Of a stretch of 64,000 nt of DNA, positions 19,215 through 29,278 are shown piece by piece. A program made the translations under genes and the position numbers. The DNA is from Deltaproteobacteria bacterium HGW-Deltaproteobacteria-13 (GTDB lineage: Bacteria; Desulfobacterota; Syntrophia; Syntrophales; Smithellaceae): positions 303,577 through 367,576 of the forward strand of contig PHBJ01000005.1 in assembly GCA_002840555.1 (NCBI GenBank). The letters run 5' to 3'. Position 1 is the first letter of the stretch. Each line of letters begins with the position of its first letter. Below the pieces are notes generated by a model. It saw only the letters and a list, made by a program, of their open reading frames with translations. It was not told the DNA's origin and made no database searches.

Positions 19215-20387
19215 ATGGGTAAACGTTATACCAGAAAGGTATCTTTAAACGAAAAAATCTGGATTTCTGCCGACCGCGTATTCCATCCCTTTGTCAATCG
19301 ACTGATGATAGAGGGAAACGGCACAATCGATGCTCATATCCTGAGATCGGCGGTAGAAGCCGCTTCCGAAGCAAATCCGGGAAGCCGAATTGTTCTGGGC
19401 GGAATTCCAGGAAGAGCCCGATGGATAGATTCAGGGGCAACACCCCGAATCACGGAAGTTGATGGAAGCGGTTGGTCGGGATTCAGTTCAGAAGGAGCTC
19501 CTTTCCTGCTTGAGACATTTCCCCATGTATCGAAAGGGCCCCTTTGTGAAGTGATGCTCATTCAGGGCACTCCTCTGAGAATTTGCTTCAGGACCCATCA
19601 CGCGATAATGGACGGACGCGGCACAATGCACTGGATTGAGGATATATTCAGGGCGATGAGAAATGAGCCGCTCATCGGATCAAGTTCCACGCTTACCGAT
19701 ATGGATCTCCCCATTTCTTTTAAAAATAATTTATCCGGACCGCGCCCCGGAGGATGTATCGCTCCGACAGGAGCGTCTGACGGAAACGAACGCGGAACGA
19801 TATGGATACGCCGGTATATCAAAGGGCGCTTTAAAAACCTGCTTCCGAGAATCGCCGTTCTCACGGCGGATGAGGCTAGAAAACATTCCGAGGGGAAGGT
19901 CATCTTCAATGTGCCCGCTGACCGCAGAACAGACCATATCAGTCCTTCAACCGCGAACCTCACCGTCGGCGTGAATATAGAGGTGCCGCCCGGGACAACC
20001 CCTGATTTTTTTGCCGATATGCTAAAAAAACAGGTACGGGACCAAAGCAGGAATATAGGTCTTTTATTTCGGACACTATATCCATTGATCCCTACATGGC
20101 TTATGGCCATGGGGCTGGATTCAGCGACCAAAAGGATGAGATCGTCAGGACGATATCAGATATCGGGACTCATAACAAACCTCGGGAGGGTACCTGTTGA
20201 TCGCTACCGCGCGGCGGGCTTCCAGGCCACCAGCGTATTTTTGCTCCCGCTGAATTTCGATTCCATTCCGACTTTTATTACGATGAGCGGAACTGAGAAT
20301 TCTGCCGATATAATACTGGGCGTGCCGCGAATGCTCGCAAGCAGGAACAGGATTGAAACATTGCTGGAGCTCATTTCAACTATCTGA
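19215..20387 (+). CDS. Stand-alone condensation-domain / CoA-dependent acyltransferase-fold protein (paralog 1)
   Basis: HHxxxDG motif THHAIMDGRG. No A or T domain. Clearly similar to the 27599 and 47436 ORFs. Confidence 0.75.
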   Translation: MGKRYTRKVSLNEKIWISADRVFHPFVNRLMIEGNGTIDAHILRSAVEAASEANPGSRIVLGGIPGRARWIDSGATPRITEVDGSGWSGFSSEGAPFLLETFPHVSKGPLCEVMLIQGTPLRICFRTHHAIMDGRGTMHWIEDIFRAMRNEPLIGSSSTLTDMDLPISFKNNLSGPRPGGCIAPTGASDGNERGTIWIRRYIKGRFKNLLPRIAVLTADEARKHSEGKVIFNVPADRRTDHISPSTANLTVGVNIEVPPGTTPDFFADMLKKQVRDQSRNIGLLFRTLYPLIPTWLMAMGLDSATKRMRSSGRYQISGLITNLGRVPVDRYRAAGFQATSVFLLPLNFDSIPTFITMSGTENSADIILGVPRMLASRNRIETLLELISTI

Positions 20388-20488
20388 AGAACAGCTCAAA
20401 ATAACAAATCAAATAAATATCACTTCCGAATAGAAATGGACGGTCGCCGCCCCTGAGCTCTTCGGAATCGCTCGTTATAGATTTTGAT

Positions 20489-20518
20489 CGGTGTGGCGCT
20501 CTGAAGAGCGCCACACCG
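20489..20518. terminator. GC-rich hairpin between convergent genes (probable terminator)
   Basis: cggtgtggcgctct-ga-agagcgccacaccg, a perfect 14-bp inverted repeat. Confidence 0.65.
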
Positions 20519-20533
20519 GGTGTAAACTGTTTT

Positions 20534-21712
20534 TCATCGCGACGGCAGCGGAGTGCCAACTGCCGCTTGGGCGAAATACTGACCGACAATTTTCGATACC
20601 CATGAGGTGGGATGGTTCATATCCCAGAACAGGTAATTTCCCGGATTATCGCATACCGGCCCGGGCAATCCAAAGAATGGCGGCGTGTAACATGACTCTG
20701 TAACGTTGTAACCCAGATCGGCGTATTTCTGCTTTTCCGCTGTTAAAACGGTAAAAGTGTCGAAAGTGCGCACTTTGGCCAGCGGATATTGCCTGGCAAA
20801 TGATTTCAGCATTGCATTCAATGCATTGCTCATTTCAATGCTTCTTGTACGTGCCGCTTCTGTGTAGCCCTTCGTATTAATTTCGTATGCTCTCGCCGCG
20901 GGCGTGATGCTTAAATCAGGCATCCCGGGAATGAAGAAGTTGCGCGCGCCGCGATAGTACAACTTGGTCATCGCGGTCTTGATGTTGTTCGCTACATTCG
21001 TTGCCGTTGAGGTTCTGTAAATGTTGAAGCCTTTATAAAAATCGTCCGGGCCTGTCCAGATAACATACAGCGCCTTAGAGTCGGCCGGCCTCCAACCCAG
21101 GTTGCTGATATAATCATCTACTTCATCGAGCATCCCGATATAGAAGCCGTAAGCCGGTATCAGACTTTCCCTGCCGGACTCAGCTCCTCCAAAGGCATAG
21201 TTCACCAATGGCCGGTTTAATACGTCGCTCATTATTTCGAGGATAACCGGCCCGTTGGAAAAGCGGCCTTTGTCGTTCGGCGGCATGGGTAACCCCCAGT
21301 TGGCAAGATCCATACTAATCTGAAACATATTGCCGTTATCACTCATGCTGTCACCAAACGAGATGACCTGCGTGTAGTTATTTGCAAGAACATAGTCCAC
21401 TGCTGAAAGGTCGGGCGGAGTTGCGGCGGGTTTGAGCTTCGGTGCTTTCTTCAACGCCACTTGGCGCAGTTCCTCTTTGACGCCGGACACGACAGGCAAC
21501 AAATTATCGACCATGGCATACCACACATCCTTATTCAGCGCGAACGGATAGGCAAGTCCGGGGGTAGCAATTTCATAAACCAATCTGGAGGCTTGAGCTA
21601 TTGCCGAGGCAAAAGCGGCATCATAAGCATCATCAGCACTGGCGGGAACAGCGGGTATCAAGAAACATATGACCAAAGCAATGGCAATAAAGCAACGCTT
21701 GAATTTCATCAT
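20534..21712 (-). CDS. Secreted SGNH/GDSL hydrolase (phospholipase/acyltransferase-like)
   Basis: Sec signal ending PASA, block I FGDSMSD, 'RFSNGP', 'NYAFGGA', block V FWDMNHPT. Confidence 0.88.
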   Translation of the reverse strand: MMKFKRCFIAIALVICFLIPAVPASADDAYDAAFASAIAQASRLVYEIATPGLAYPFALNKDVWYAMVDNLLPVVSGVKEELRQVALKKAPKLKPAATPPDLSAVDYVLANNYTQVISFGDSMSDNGNMFQISMDLANWGLPMPPNDKGRFSNGPVILEIMSDVLNRPLVNYAFGGAESGRESLIPAYGFYIGMLDEVDDYISNLGWRPADSKALYVIWTGPDDFYKGFNIYRTSTATNVANNIKTAMTKLYYRGARNFFIPGMPDLSITPAARAYEINTKGYTEAARTRSIEMSNALNAMLKSFARQYPLAKVRTFDTFTVLTAEKQKYADLGYNVTESCYTPPFFGLPGPVCDNPGNYLFWDMNHPTSWVSKIVGQYFAQAAVGTPLPSR

Positions 21713-21782
21713 AAAAATATCCTTTCTTTAATTTTATGTTTACTTTGTTTCAATTTACTCATTCGCATTTCCGGAATTTTCG

Positions 21783-22961
21783 CTACGTCAGGACCATCTC
21801 ATGTCCGACATGAATATCATAGTCCTCCTCCCTGATAATGTCCTGGGAATCAGGATGGACCATTTGATAAAGGTGAGTCGGCGTTTTCTGAAGAATATAA
21901 TCTTTATCCATACCTTCGCTGATATTTTGCCTGTCATAATCGCAAAAAGCTATCATATGATATTTCTTATTAATTTTGCTTTTATATAACGAATCGAGCA
22001 TTTCATTAAAGACGTATTTCTTCTGATCAGCCGTAAGAGCATGCGATAATTCAAGCGTGGTCAGGTACAGTATCTCCAGTTCCGCCCCCTGTTTCGGCGC
22101 CTTTCTGCCCACGAGCTTGACAATATTCACGGCCGTACCAAGCGCTTTGGGAAATTTGTCAATTACGATCTTTCTGCCTCTGGTTGGATTCCACAACGCA
22201 AAACATCCGATCACCTTGCCCTTCTCGTCCCTGGCGATATAAAAAGATTTTATTGAAAAATCATCCCAATCTTTAAATCGCCTGGCAAGTTCGTCATGTT
22301 CCCCGGCAAAGACATAGCCCAGCATTCTCTTTTTGTTCTGAGAATCAAGAAACTCCTTCAGGTCATTTGTATCCTTATCCTGACCTGTGGCCACCGTAAC
22401 TTTCATACCCGGATTCTTATGCGATTTTTTTCCGAGAAGTTTGAGAGGTTTCCTTCCGATAATGCTTACCATGCGATAACGGGATATTTCACTGATACCA
22501 AAAGGAGATCTCTCCTTGAAAGCTGTTACAGCCTTCCTGTTCGCCATGATGTATGAACCGAGTATGTAACGACATCCTTTCAGCTCTTCAATTTCGCGAT
22601 ATTTCGCCAGGATCGCCAGGCTGAATTGCTTCCAGTCAAAGTTTGTCTTTCTTTCTTTTTTGGGTATTGCCCTCAGATCTGAAAAGTGACCGACATATTC
22701 AACCTTTCCGTCAATATAGCAGGGACGGACGGAAAGAGAACCCATCACCTCCAGCCGGCCTTCACTGTTTTTAAAATACAGCACATAATGAATCCTGCTC
22801 TCATACTCCATAAAGGTAAAGTAATCAGGACCCTTCACAAATTTTATATTAAATTTTCCACCCTGCATGACCAGTGAATGATAAAAATCAAGGACCGTCT
22901 GATTGTCCTCTTTTGTGGCAATCGTGCATCCAAGATTGTCTATGAATTCCTGAATTTTCAT
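21783..22961 (-). CDS. Hypothetical protein, probable (tandem) GNAT fold
   Basis: 'GSLSVRPCYIDGKVEYVGHFSDLR' resembles GNAT beta4 regions. The length fits two GNAT lobes. Fold assignment is by eye. Confidence 0.5.
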   Translation of the reverse strand: MKIQEFIDNLGCTIATKEDNQTVLDFYHSLVMQGGKFNIKFVKGPDYFTFMEYESRIHYVLYFKNSEGRLEVMGSLSVRPCYIDGKVEYVGHFSDLRAIPKKERKTNFDWKQFSLAILAKYREIEELKGCRYILGSYIMANRKAVTAFKERSPFGISEISRYRMVSIIGRKPLKLLGKKSHKNPGMKVTVATGQDKDTNDLKEFLDSQNKKRMLGYVFAGEHDELARRFKDWDDFSIKSFYIARDEKGKVIGCFALWNPTRGRKIVIDKFPKALGTAVNIVKLVGRKAPKQGAELEILYLTTLELSHALTADQKKYVFNEMLDSLYKSKINKKYHMIAFCDYDRQNISEGMDKDYILQKTPTHLYQMVHPDSQDIIREEDYDIHVGHEMVLT

Positions 22962-22992
22962 AATAGCTCCTTTATATTCCCCGGCTGAGTTT

Positions 22993-23841
22993 CTAGATTA
23001 ATTGCTTTTTTTTATGAAGACTTAAGCCATCATGAATTTCAGCCGCTTCTTTATCCTGCCGCATCTTTCTTATCTGCTCCCGGCTTCTACTTCCAAAGAT
23101 TTTATTCCGTAGCTTTCTGCAGGCAAAGGGGATAGGACGCCACAAAAGGAATGACCAGCTTATGTCGGCAAGGCAGGGCAACTCCGTACCTTCTCTCCAG
23201 GTCGGATTTACTTGCTCGAAAAAGGAGATTTTAGGATACTTCTCTTTCATCTCTTCGGTTATTTCGGCGATATCTTCTTTTAATTTCTGATAATTATCGC
23301 CGAATTTTAAGAGTCCTGTTTTCTCATCATAGACCCCTTCAAAGAGATGGTTCGAGAAGGTCTTGACAATGGACTTCCTCTTTTCATCTTCCGTCTTATC
23401 ATATTTGGGATAATAACTATCCCAGTTATTGGCCATAAGAAGATAGGTTTTGTAACCTTTCGATATCAGGAACCAGTAAAGATTTGTTAATGGATATTTT
23501 ATTCTCGTCTTGATCATAAAGCGGAGAAAAGCTGTTTGAAGATTCGGCAAGCCCCAATATTCTTTTTCTATCACCGTGTCGCCACTGAACATGCCCAGGC
23601 ATCTTTTCTTATTAATTTCTTTTTCAATTATTCCTATGGTGGAAAATCCCACAATCGTATCGTCATCAATTTTTTTAACCAGGATTGCCCCTATTTTTTT
23701 CTTCAGGTCTTGGACAAATGTTTGATAATCGGCATTATAGTAATATTTAACAAACACATCATGCATGACCTTAATATCTTCATATGTTATTTTTTCCAGC
23801 GGATAAAAGTCCGCCTTGATGACACTTTGCTTCTCTTTCAT
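22993..23841 (-). CDS. Hypothetical GNAT-like protein associated with GH3 gene
   Basis: 'IVGFST...FSGDTVIEKEYWG' resembles GNAT motif A, followed by 'LYWFLISKGYKTY'. Confidence 0.55.
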   Translation of the reverse strand: MKEKQSVIKADFYPLEKITYEDIKVMHDVFVKYYYNADYQTFVQDLKKKIGAILVKKIDDDTIVGFSTIGIIEKEINKKRCLGMFSGDTVIEKEYWGLPNLQTAFLRFMIKTRIKYPLTNLYWFLISKGYKTYLLMANNWDSYYPKYDKTEDEKRKSIVKTFSNHLFEGVYDEKTGLLKFGDNYQKLKEDIAEITEEMKEKYPKISFFEQVNPTWREGTELPCLADISWSFLLWRPIPFACRKLRNKIFGSRSREQIRKMRQDKEAAEIHDGLSLHKKKQLI

Positions 23842-23969
23842 TGTAAAGCCTCCCTACATGGTCGTACTTAATGAAGAAATTAATACTATACCAATCTCTT
23901 CAGGATGATCTTTTCCAAAAGATAAAAGACAGTCTAACCCCTTTATTCAATTATACTTTTAATGCATTG

Positions 23970-24048
23970 ATCCTTTGAAACGTACAACTTTGATCCATGT
24001 GAGGCAACGTACAGCTTGGCATCCGTGTGAGGCAACGTGCAGCGTGAA
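23970..24048 (+). repeat. Three degenerate direct repeats (23-28 bp)
   Basis: atcctttgaaacgtacaactttg / atccatgtgaggcaacgtacagcttggc / atccgtgtgaggcaacgtgcagcgtgaa. Confidence 0.7.
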
Positions 24049-24070
24049 ATATTTTTTACAAATACAATCA

Positions 24071-24108
24071 TATCGATGAAGAAATTATGCGTAATTTCTT
24101 CATCGATA
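24071..24108. other. Perfect 17-bp inverted repeat (terminator or operator)
   Basis: tatcgatgaagaaatta-tgcg-taatttcttcatcgata. Confidence 0.75.
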
Positions 24109-24383
24109 ATCTTTCCCGAGAGATAGAAATCAATTTCAGCGTTAAGTCATTACATGATGTAATACACTTAAATTACAAATTATTCAGAGTCAAAACGATA
24201 TGTGATGTTTGTATATAATATCATTGCGGCATATAGTCAACAAAAAAATGTGAAAAAATATTCATAATATTTTCTTTATATATTCAAAATATCATCAACA
24301 TATTCTTCCGCTTCGCAATTATTATTCATTTAATCATTCCGATATATTAGGGTGGGATGACCGATGCAGTTGCAAATATTTCT

Positions 24384-26051
24384 TTACTTGAAACCGACGG
24401 TAATCATTTGCCATTCTTCATTGGAGCATTGCACGAGAGGCTCCAACTTGAGATTGCCGGAAATCATGCCCTTGATCTCCGATCTTTTCTGATAGATACC
24501 CCTGGCCAGAGGATGAAACAACGCCCCGGCCGGAGCAAGTTGATGAAGGTCACGGGCAAGTTTGTAATGAAATGATTCCAGAAGAATACTTTCCGCCATT
24601 TTTTTCACATTCTCAAAGGCGGGATGATCGCTTTCCTTCTCGCATAACATGATATATCTCGGTTTCATTCCGCTCGATTTTTCACCGGTCACGGCAAAAA
24701 TCGTCAGGGCATTTACTTTAAAATTACGGTTTACCGAATTGATGATTTCCTGCGCTATTTCGGGGGACATCTTTTCACCCACCATGTCCGCGCCTTCCAG
24801 CCTGCCCAGAAATTCAAAGCAGGGACAATTCCCGGCGAAGTCCACCACTTTTATTTTATCATTCATCGTATATCTGAACAATCCGGATCCGGTCGTCAGG
24901 AGCGGTTTTAAGACCTGCCCCTTCTGCAATTTCCACGCGGGAAATATCTCGCCCGAATCGATGTCCATAAATTCATAAAAATGGCTGGTGACGGCCAGCG
25001 GATATTTTCCTTCAAAAGGAAAGGTGATGACGCCTTCGGTTGCCCATAATCCCTTTCCAATGAAAGTAGCCTTCGGGAAAAGTTTCATCAACTCATCCGC
25101 CCAGAACTTTGAGGTCGAGGTCGCCCAGGAGCTTATCAGTCCCATGCCGGGCCAGAGCTTTTCAAAGAAGTCCCCGGTCAAGGCTCCATCCCAGTTTTTC
25201 AGAAGCAATGATGCTGTCCTTGATCGCGGACAGGGGATAAAAGACAACTCCTTCCTCCATCCGCGCCAGTCGCCGCTGCCGAGTATTTCGGCCAGTTCAT
25301 ACCTGTGATTGCTCATCTGTTCAAACATATTCATGGCGAAGGTGGGACTCCAGACGGAAATAAGGGCAAGGTGTCTTTTTGACGCCATGTACGCGAGTGA
25401 CGCAATCATTGAAGCTTCGGAAGTTTCGGCAAAAGAAACAGCGGAGGGAACCGCCATCGTCTGTGACGCGACCATCTTTTTCCACCAGGGCAGAACTTCA
25501 AGATCGTCATTGGTGTTGGAATCATCATCTTTTCTCAAATCGGTCGGTATCCATGAAAGCGACCAGTACTGACTGCCGTAAAACAGCCTCTTTTCCCTGT
25601 TATAGCTGTCAACAATAATAGGAGACACGACCGCATCGATTTCGGACAGGAATCTTTTCGTATAAGGAATCCATTTCACCTTGGATGTTGAACCGCTGGT
25701 GGGCTGATATCTGGCACATGTCTCCCCGCTGAGAATCAGTTGGCCGCTTTTTTTCTGCCGCAGGATCATGTCCTCCCAATCGCCGTACTTGGTGACAGGC
25801 AGAACGTCGTTAAATTTCTCCCAGGACATTTCTTTTTTCAGATGACGGCTTTGACCGAATTCGGTTTGTTCGGAATATTCCAGAAGCTCGGAAAGTTTCT
25901 TCCGCTGAACGGCTTCGACATGTGTGAGGGAATTTTTAAAGCGTGCGTAACCGGCCCTGCAGAATTGATAAATCAGCCTGTTCATGACATACACGGATAC
26001 ACTGTTCATGCTCAATTTTATCCTTCTTGAAGTCAGAATAATTACAAACAA
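24384..26051 (-). CDS. GH3 family acyl-acid amido synthetase (start may be about 26009)
   Basis: 'QPTSGSTSKVKWIPYT' (GH3 motif I type), 'LWATEG', 'LLTTGSGLFRYTMND...V', 'FLGR....DMVGEK'. Confidence 0.88.
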   Translation of the reverse strand: MFVIILTSRRIKLSMNSVSVYVMNRLIYQFCRAGYARFKNSLTHVEAVQRKKLSELLEYSEQTEFGQSRHLKKEMSWEKFNDVLPVTKYGDWEDMILRQKKSGQLILSGETCARYQPTSGSTSKVKWIPYTKRFLSEIDAVVSPIIVDSYNREKRLFYGSQYWSLSWIPTDLRKDDDSNTNDDLEVLPWWKKMVASQTMAVPSAVSFAETSEASMIASLAYMASKRHLALISVWSPTFAMNMFEQMSNHRYELAEILGSGDWRGWRKELSFIPCPRSRTASLLLKNWDGALTGDFFEKLWPGMGLISSWATSTSKFWADELMKLFPKATFIGKGLWATEGVITFPFEGKYPLAVTSHFYEFMDIDSGEIFPAWKLQKGQVLKPLLTTGSGLFRYTMNDKIKVVDFAGNCPCFEFLGRLEGADMVGEKMSPEIAQEIINSVNRNFKVNALTIFAVTGEKSSGMKPRYIMLCEKESDHPAFENVKKMAESILLESFHYKLARDLHQLAPAGALFHPLARGIYQKRSEIKGMISGNLKLEPLVQCSNEEWQMITVGFK

Positions 26052-26210
26052 GTTTTTGAAATTGAAATTTTACAAATGAATCTTAAACAAGTCGATGTTG
26101 CCTGTCAAATCTATTTCATCATCACTATCTTCAATATTCTCCGGAATGCTTTGATATCCTGCTTCGTGATGATGCGGCATTGTTTGTTGTTTCATCTTTT
26201 TAATTTTTTT

Positions 26211-27551
26211 CTATGCCTTCAGCTCCAGGAGCCGCAAGAATTCCTCATCGAGATCTTTATATAATTTCCTGATGTCGTCCACCGTGTGCTCAGCTTCAGG
26301 ATACGTGAAAAACGATTGTATCTCTCCATCAAGGGTGGAAAGGCCGAAGAACAAGGCATGATGGGCGGTTGCCGTATAATATCCGCAAAGATGGGCCTTA
26401 TCCCCATGAGCGTTCAAAAAATCCATGCTTCCGACGGTTGAATGATGGCACGTCATTCGCATAATTTCCTTTCTTTTGCTGCCCTTGATAATTCGCGCGA
26501 AGTTTTTTCTGCCGATAAATTTCTGCAGTTCCTCTATCATCCACGGAAAGAGAATTTCCTTATTTTCGAGATGTTTCCTGAAAACGTTCATCTGCTCCTG
26601 AAGATCTTTCATCATCTCCTTAGGATGATCAAAATGTTTTCTATGCGCCCTCAACATTGTGGCCCTCAGGTAATTTCCGATGACAGGTCGATTATCGCCG
26701 AAATAGGGTCTCATATCAAAACTGCTGAGAATACCCACCGTATCGCCCTTATCCTCTCCCTGATTACGCAGGATGGAAAGCGCAAGGGCCGTTGTCATGA
26801 ATATTGAAACGCCGCATCCCAGTTCCTTGGCTTTCGACAAGATAGGTTTAATGCCAACACTAAACGGCTGAGAATATGAATTGATCGGACCGAAGTAATC
26901 GGTATGCGTGTCCGACACCTCAATGATTTTATCATTTTTGTTCTTCCTGGATTCTTTTCGGAGTATCCTGTAGGACTTCAATAGCTGAAGCGGGATCTTG
27001 AAATAATTCTTTTCGAACAGCGCAGGCTTCATGCTGGAATCGTCAAGGTGAAGAAAGTCAGGTCTTTTCCCGTTAAGGTAGGCCATCAGGGAATCGATGA
27101 TAAACGCCTGAGACATGCCGTCACCGGTGACGTGATTTAAAACGATGATTAATGCAGGATTTGGATCATCAGGAAGATAATGAAATTTAATTCCCAGCCG
27201 GTTATCCAGCAAACAGGGTTCATTCACCAGGCCTCTTCTGTACTGGAAAAACTCCTCCGTTCCAAAGGCCATATTGCGTTTGACCTGAAACGCATCGTTA
27301 AAGAGCGCGTCCACCCGGCTATTCCCGTTGTCCAGTATCATCATACGGTATGAAAACAGGGTCGGCACGATAATGGATCTGAGTCTCGGATACATCGCCA
27401 GCATGTAGCGCGCAGCTTCCCGGATCTCTGCGACGCTGTGAGTTGTCTTGAAACGAATCGTTACAGCCTGATTCAACGGCAGAATATCATTCGTTAATAG
27501 AAACAAAAAATCCGAACGATTTAATTTTAACAGTTTGGCGTCTTTCGGCAT
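26211..27551 (-). CDS. Condensation-fold / PapA5-like acyltransferase (divergent paralog 2)
   Basis: 'LNHVTGDG' (HxxxDG), 'YPRLRS', 'SSFDMRPY'. No carrier or adenylation domain. Confidence 0.7.
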   Translation of the reverse strand: MPKDAKLLKLNRSDFLFLLTNDILPLNQAVTIRFKTTHSVAEIREAARYMLAMYPRLRSIIVPTLFSYRMMILDNGNSRVDALFNDAFQVKRNMAFGTEEFFQYRRGLVNEPCLLDNRLGIKFHYLPDDPNPALIIVLNHVTGDGMSQAFIIDSLMAYLNGKRPDFLHLDDSSMKPALFEKNYFKIPLQLLKSYRILRKESRKNKNDKIIEVSDTHTDYFGPINSYSQPFSVGIKPILSKAKELGCGVSIFMTTALALSILRNQGEDKGDTVGILSSFDMRPYFGDNRPVIGNYLRATMLRAHRKHFDHPKEMMKDLQEQMNVFRKHLENKEILFPWMIEELQKFIGRKNFARIIKGSKRKEIMRMTCHHSTVGSMDFLNAHGDKAHLCGYYTATAHHALFFGLSTLDGEIQSFFTYPEAEHTVDDIRKLYKDLDEEFLRLLELKA

Positions 27552-27598
27552 GATGTTCCCCCTATGATCGGTCTACGGAAGATATTTTTCTTTTCCGG

Positions 27599-28807
27599 TT
27601 ATTTTTTTTCAGGCGCCAGCTGTGATGTAATGCTTTCCATGATCGCTTCTATTCGCCCGTTGCTTGCCAATCCCTTATGCATTGTAATCATAACTTCAAC
27701 ATCTTTTCCGTTGCCGATCATCGCGATAAAAAACGGAAACACATCCAGAAAGGGAGGAATAGCATAGGTAACTGAAGGATAGAATCCGCCTCCGGTATAC
27801 GTCTCGAGAGGAATGACTCCAAGCGTCACAACGATTCCGGAAGCCAGATAACGGCCGGAATCATGCATTTTTTTGCTGATGCTCCGGACAAAACCATTTA
27901 TCATTCCGATGGGAACACAAAACAAGAGTCTATTCAGCCTGGAATAAGTTATCTCACGCTTTTCGTTTAAATTCTTTTTCAATAGTTCCGTTATCTTTTC
28001 CACCGTGTATTCCGGTTTAATTTCCATAAAAAAATTATTGGAAAGAAATCCTGTGGCTCTTGTTTCAGGAGGCAGATGACGCCTCAGATCAACAGAAATG
28101 CAGAAAACCACAGAGCCATCTGAATCTTTCCATGCCTCGCGCGCCGACAGGCAAACGACCTGAGACAGCAAATTGCGAAAACGCCCGTGAATTGTCTTGC
28201 GCAGCCATACGAATCCCTGATCATCTCCCTGAACTTTTCCACCGGGCGTTATATTGTTTTTAGGTATTTTTTCCTTTTTTATTTTAGGCAGATTTCCGGC
28301 GATTTCCTCATCATTCAACGCAAATTTTGAACCAAGAACAGGCTCGCCCCGAAGAGCCCGGAATACATCCTCCGCCCAGAACAAGGTCCCTCTGGCATCC
28401 ATAACCCCGTGATTGGATCTGAAAACCACTCTCAGAGGATTGCCTCGGACAAGAACGACTTCGCAGGTGGGGCCTTCAACAGGCGATAACGGGTCCAGAA
28501 GAAAAGGAGCCCCTTCATGACTGTATCCCGTCCACTCAGAACCGTCCACCTCCCTTACCCTGGGTGTAATGCCTGAATCTACCCAGCGGCTTGCAAAGGG
28601 ATACCCCTTCATGATCAAACGGCTCCCGGGATTGGCGGCTGAAGCTGTTTCTACGGCAGTCAGCCACCTGGCCTTATCCAAAACACCATGGCCTTCAAGT
28701 ATAAATTGATTATTGAAAGAGAAATATCTGTCCCGGGCAATCGATATCAGATCGTTTGTTGAAAGTTTGCGCGAGTATTTCGTTGTGGTTTTATTCACCA
28801 ATGACAT
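27599..28807 (-). CDS. Stand-alone condensation-fold acyltransferase (paralog 3)
   Basis: 'SNHGVMDARG', 'SVDLRRHL'. The N-terminus from Met 28807 aligns with the starts of paralogs 1 and 4; the ORF track extends it to 28942. Confidence 0.75.
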   Translation of the reverse strand: MSLVNKTTTKYSRKLSTNDLISIARDRYFSFNNQFILEGHGVLDKARWLTAVETASAANPGSRLIMKGYPFASRWVDSGITPRVREVDGSEWTGYSHEGAPFLLDPLSPVEGPTCEVVLVRGNPLRVVFRSNHGVMDARGTLFWAEDVFRALRGEPVLGSKFALNDEEIAGNLPKIKKEKIPKNNITPGGKVQGDDQGFVWLRKTIHGRFRNLLSQVVCLSAREAWKDSDGSVVFCISVDLRRHLPPETRATGFLSNNFFMEIKPEYTVEKITELLKKNLNEKREITYSRLNRLLFCVPIGMINGFVRSISKKMHDSGRYLASGIVVTLGVIPLETYTGGGFYPSVTYAIPPFLDVFPFFIAMIGNGKDVEVMITMHKGLASNGRIEAIMESITSQLAPEKK

Positions 28808-29278
28808 TTTGCACATTCTTTTCTTAATATGTGAAAATACTGTCAGCCGCGCTGAATCACGGATATGATCCCTCAAGCAACCTTTGGAAACAGTTTCCGC
28901 AATAAGCTGCGGGGTGACACACCCTCCGTTTCGCGGGAGCATCCGACTAACACTTCCTATTGTCAGCGAGTTTCATGATACTTTACCCATTCCGCAGTGC
29001 TTTGCTTTCGGAATTGGAGTTTCACGAAAATATCTGTAAATTGAAAATAAGTTTAAGCGATGGAAAAATAATATATCCACACGCTGGTTATGTCAATTTT
29101 TTTTATCTTAGCCGCCTTGCACCCCTTGATGATCAGGCCTGTCTGCCTGGAACTATCATGGGTATGCTATATCCGGATTTTTGATGTAATTACCTCCTTG
29201 ACATATAATTAGAATTTACCTATGTTTTTATTTAATGAATGCGGATTTTGATCAAACACTCCAATTAAAAAATAGACA

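Noticed and set aside
23970-24048. Mini CRISPR array
   Set aside because: The units are adjacent with no spacers, degenerate and only three in number, and there are no cas genes.
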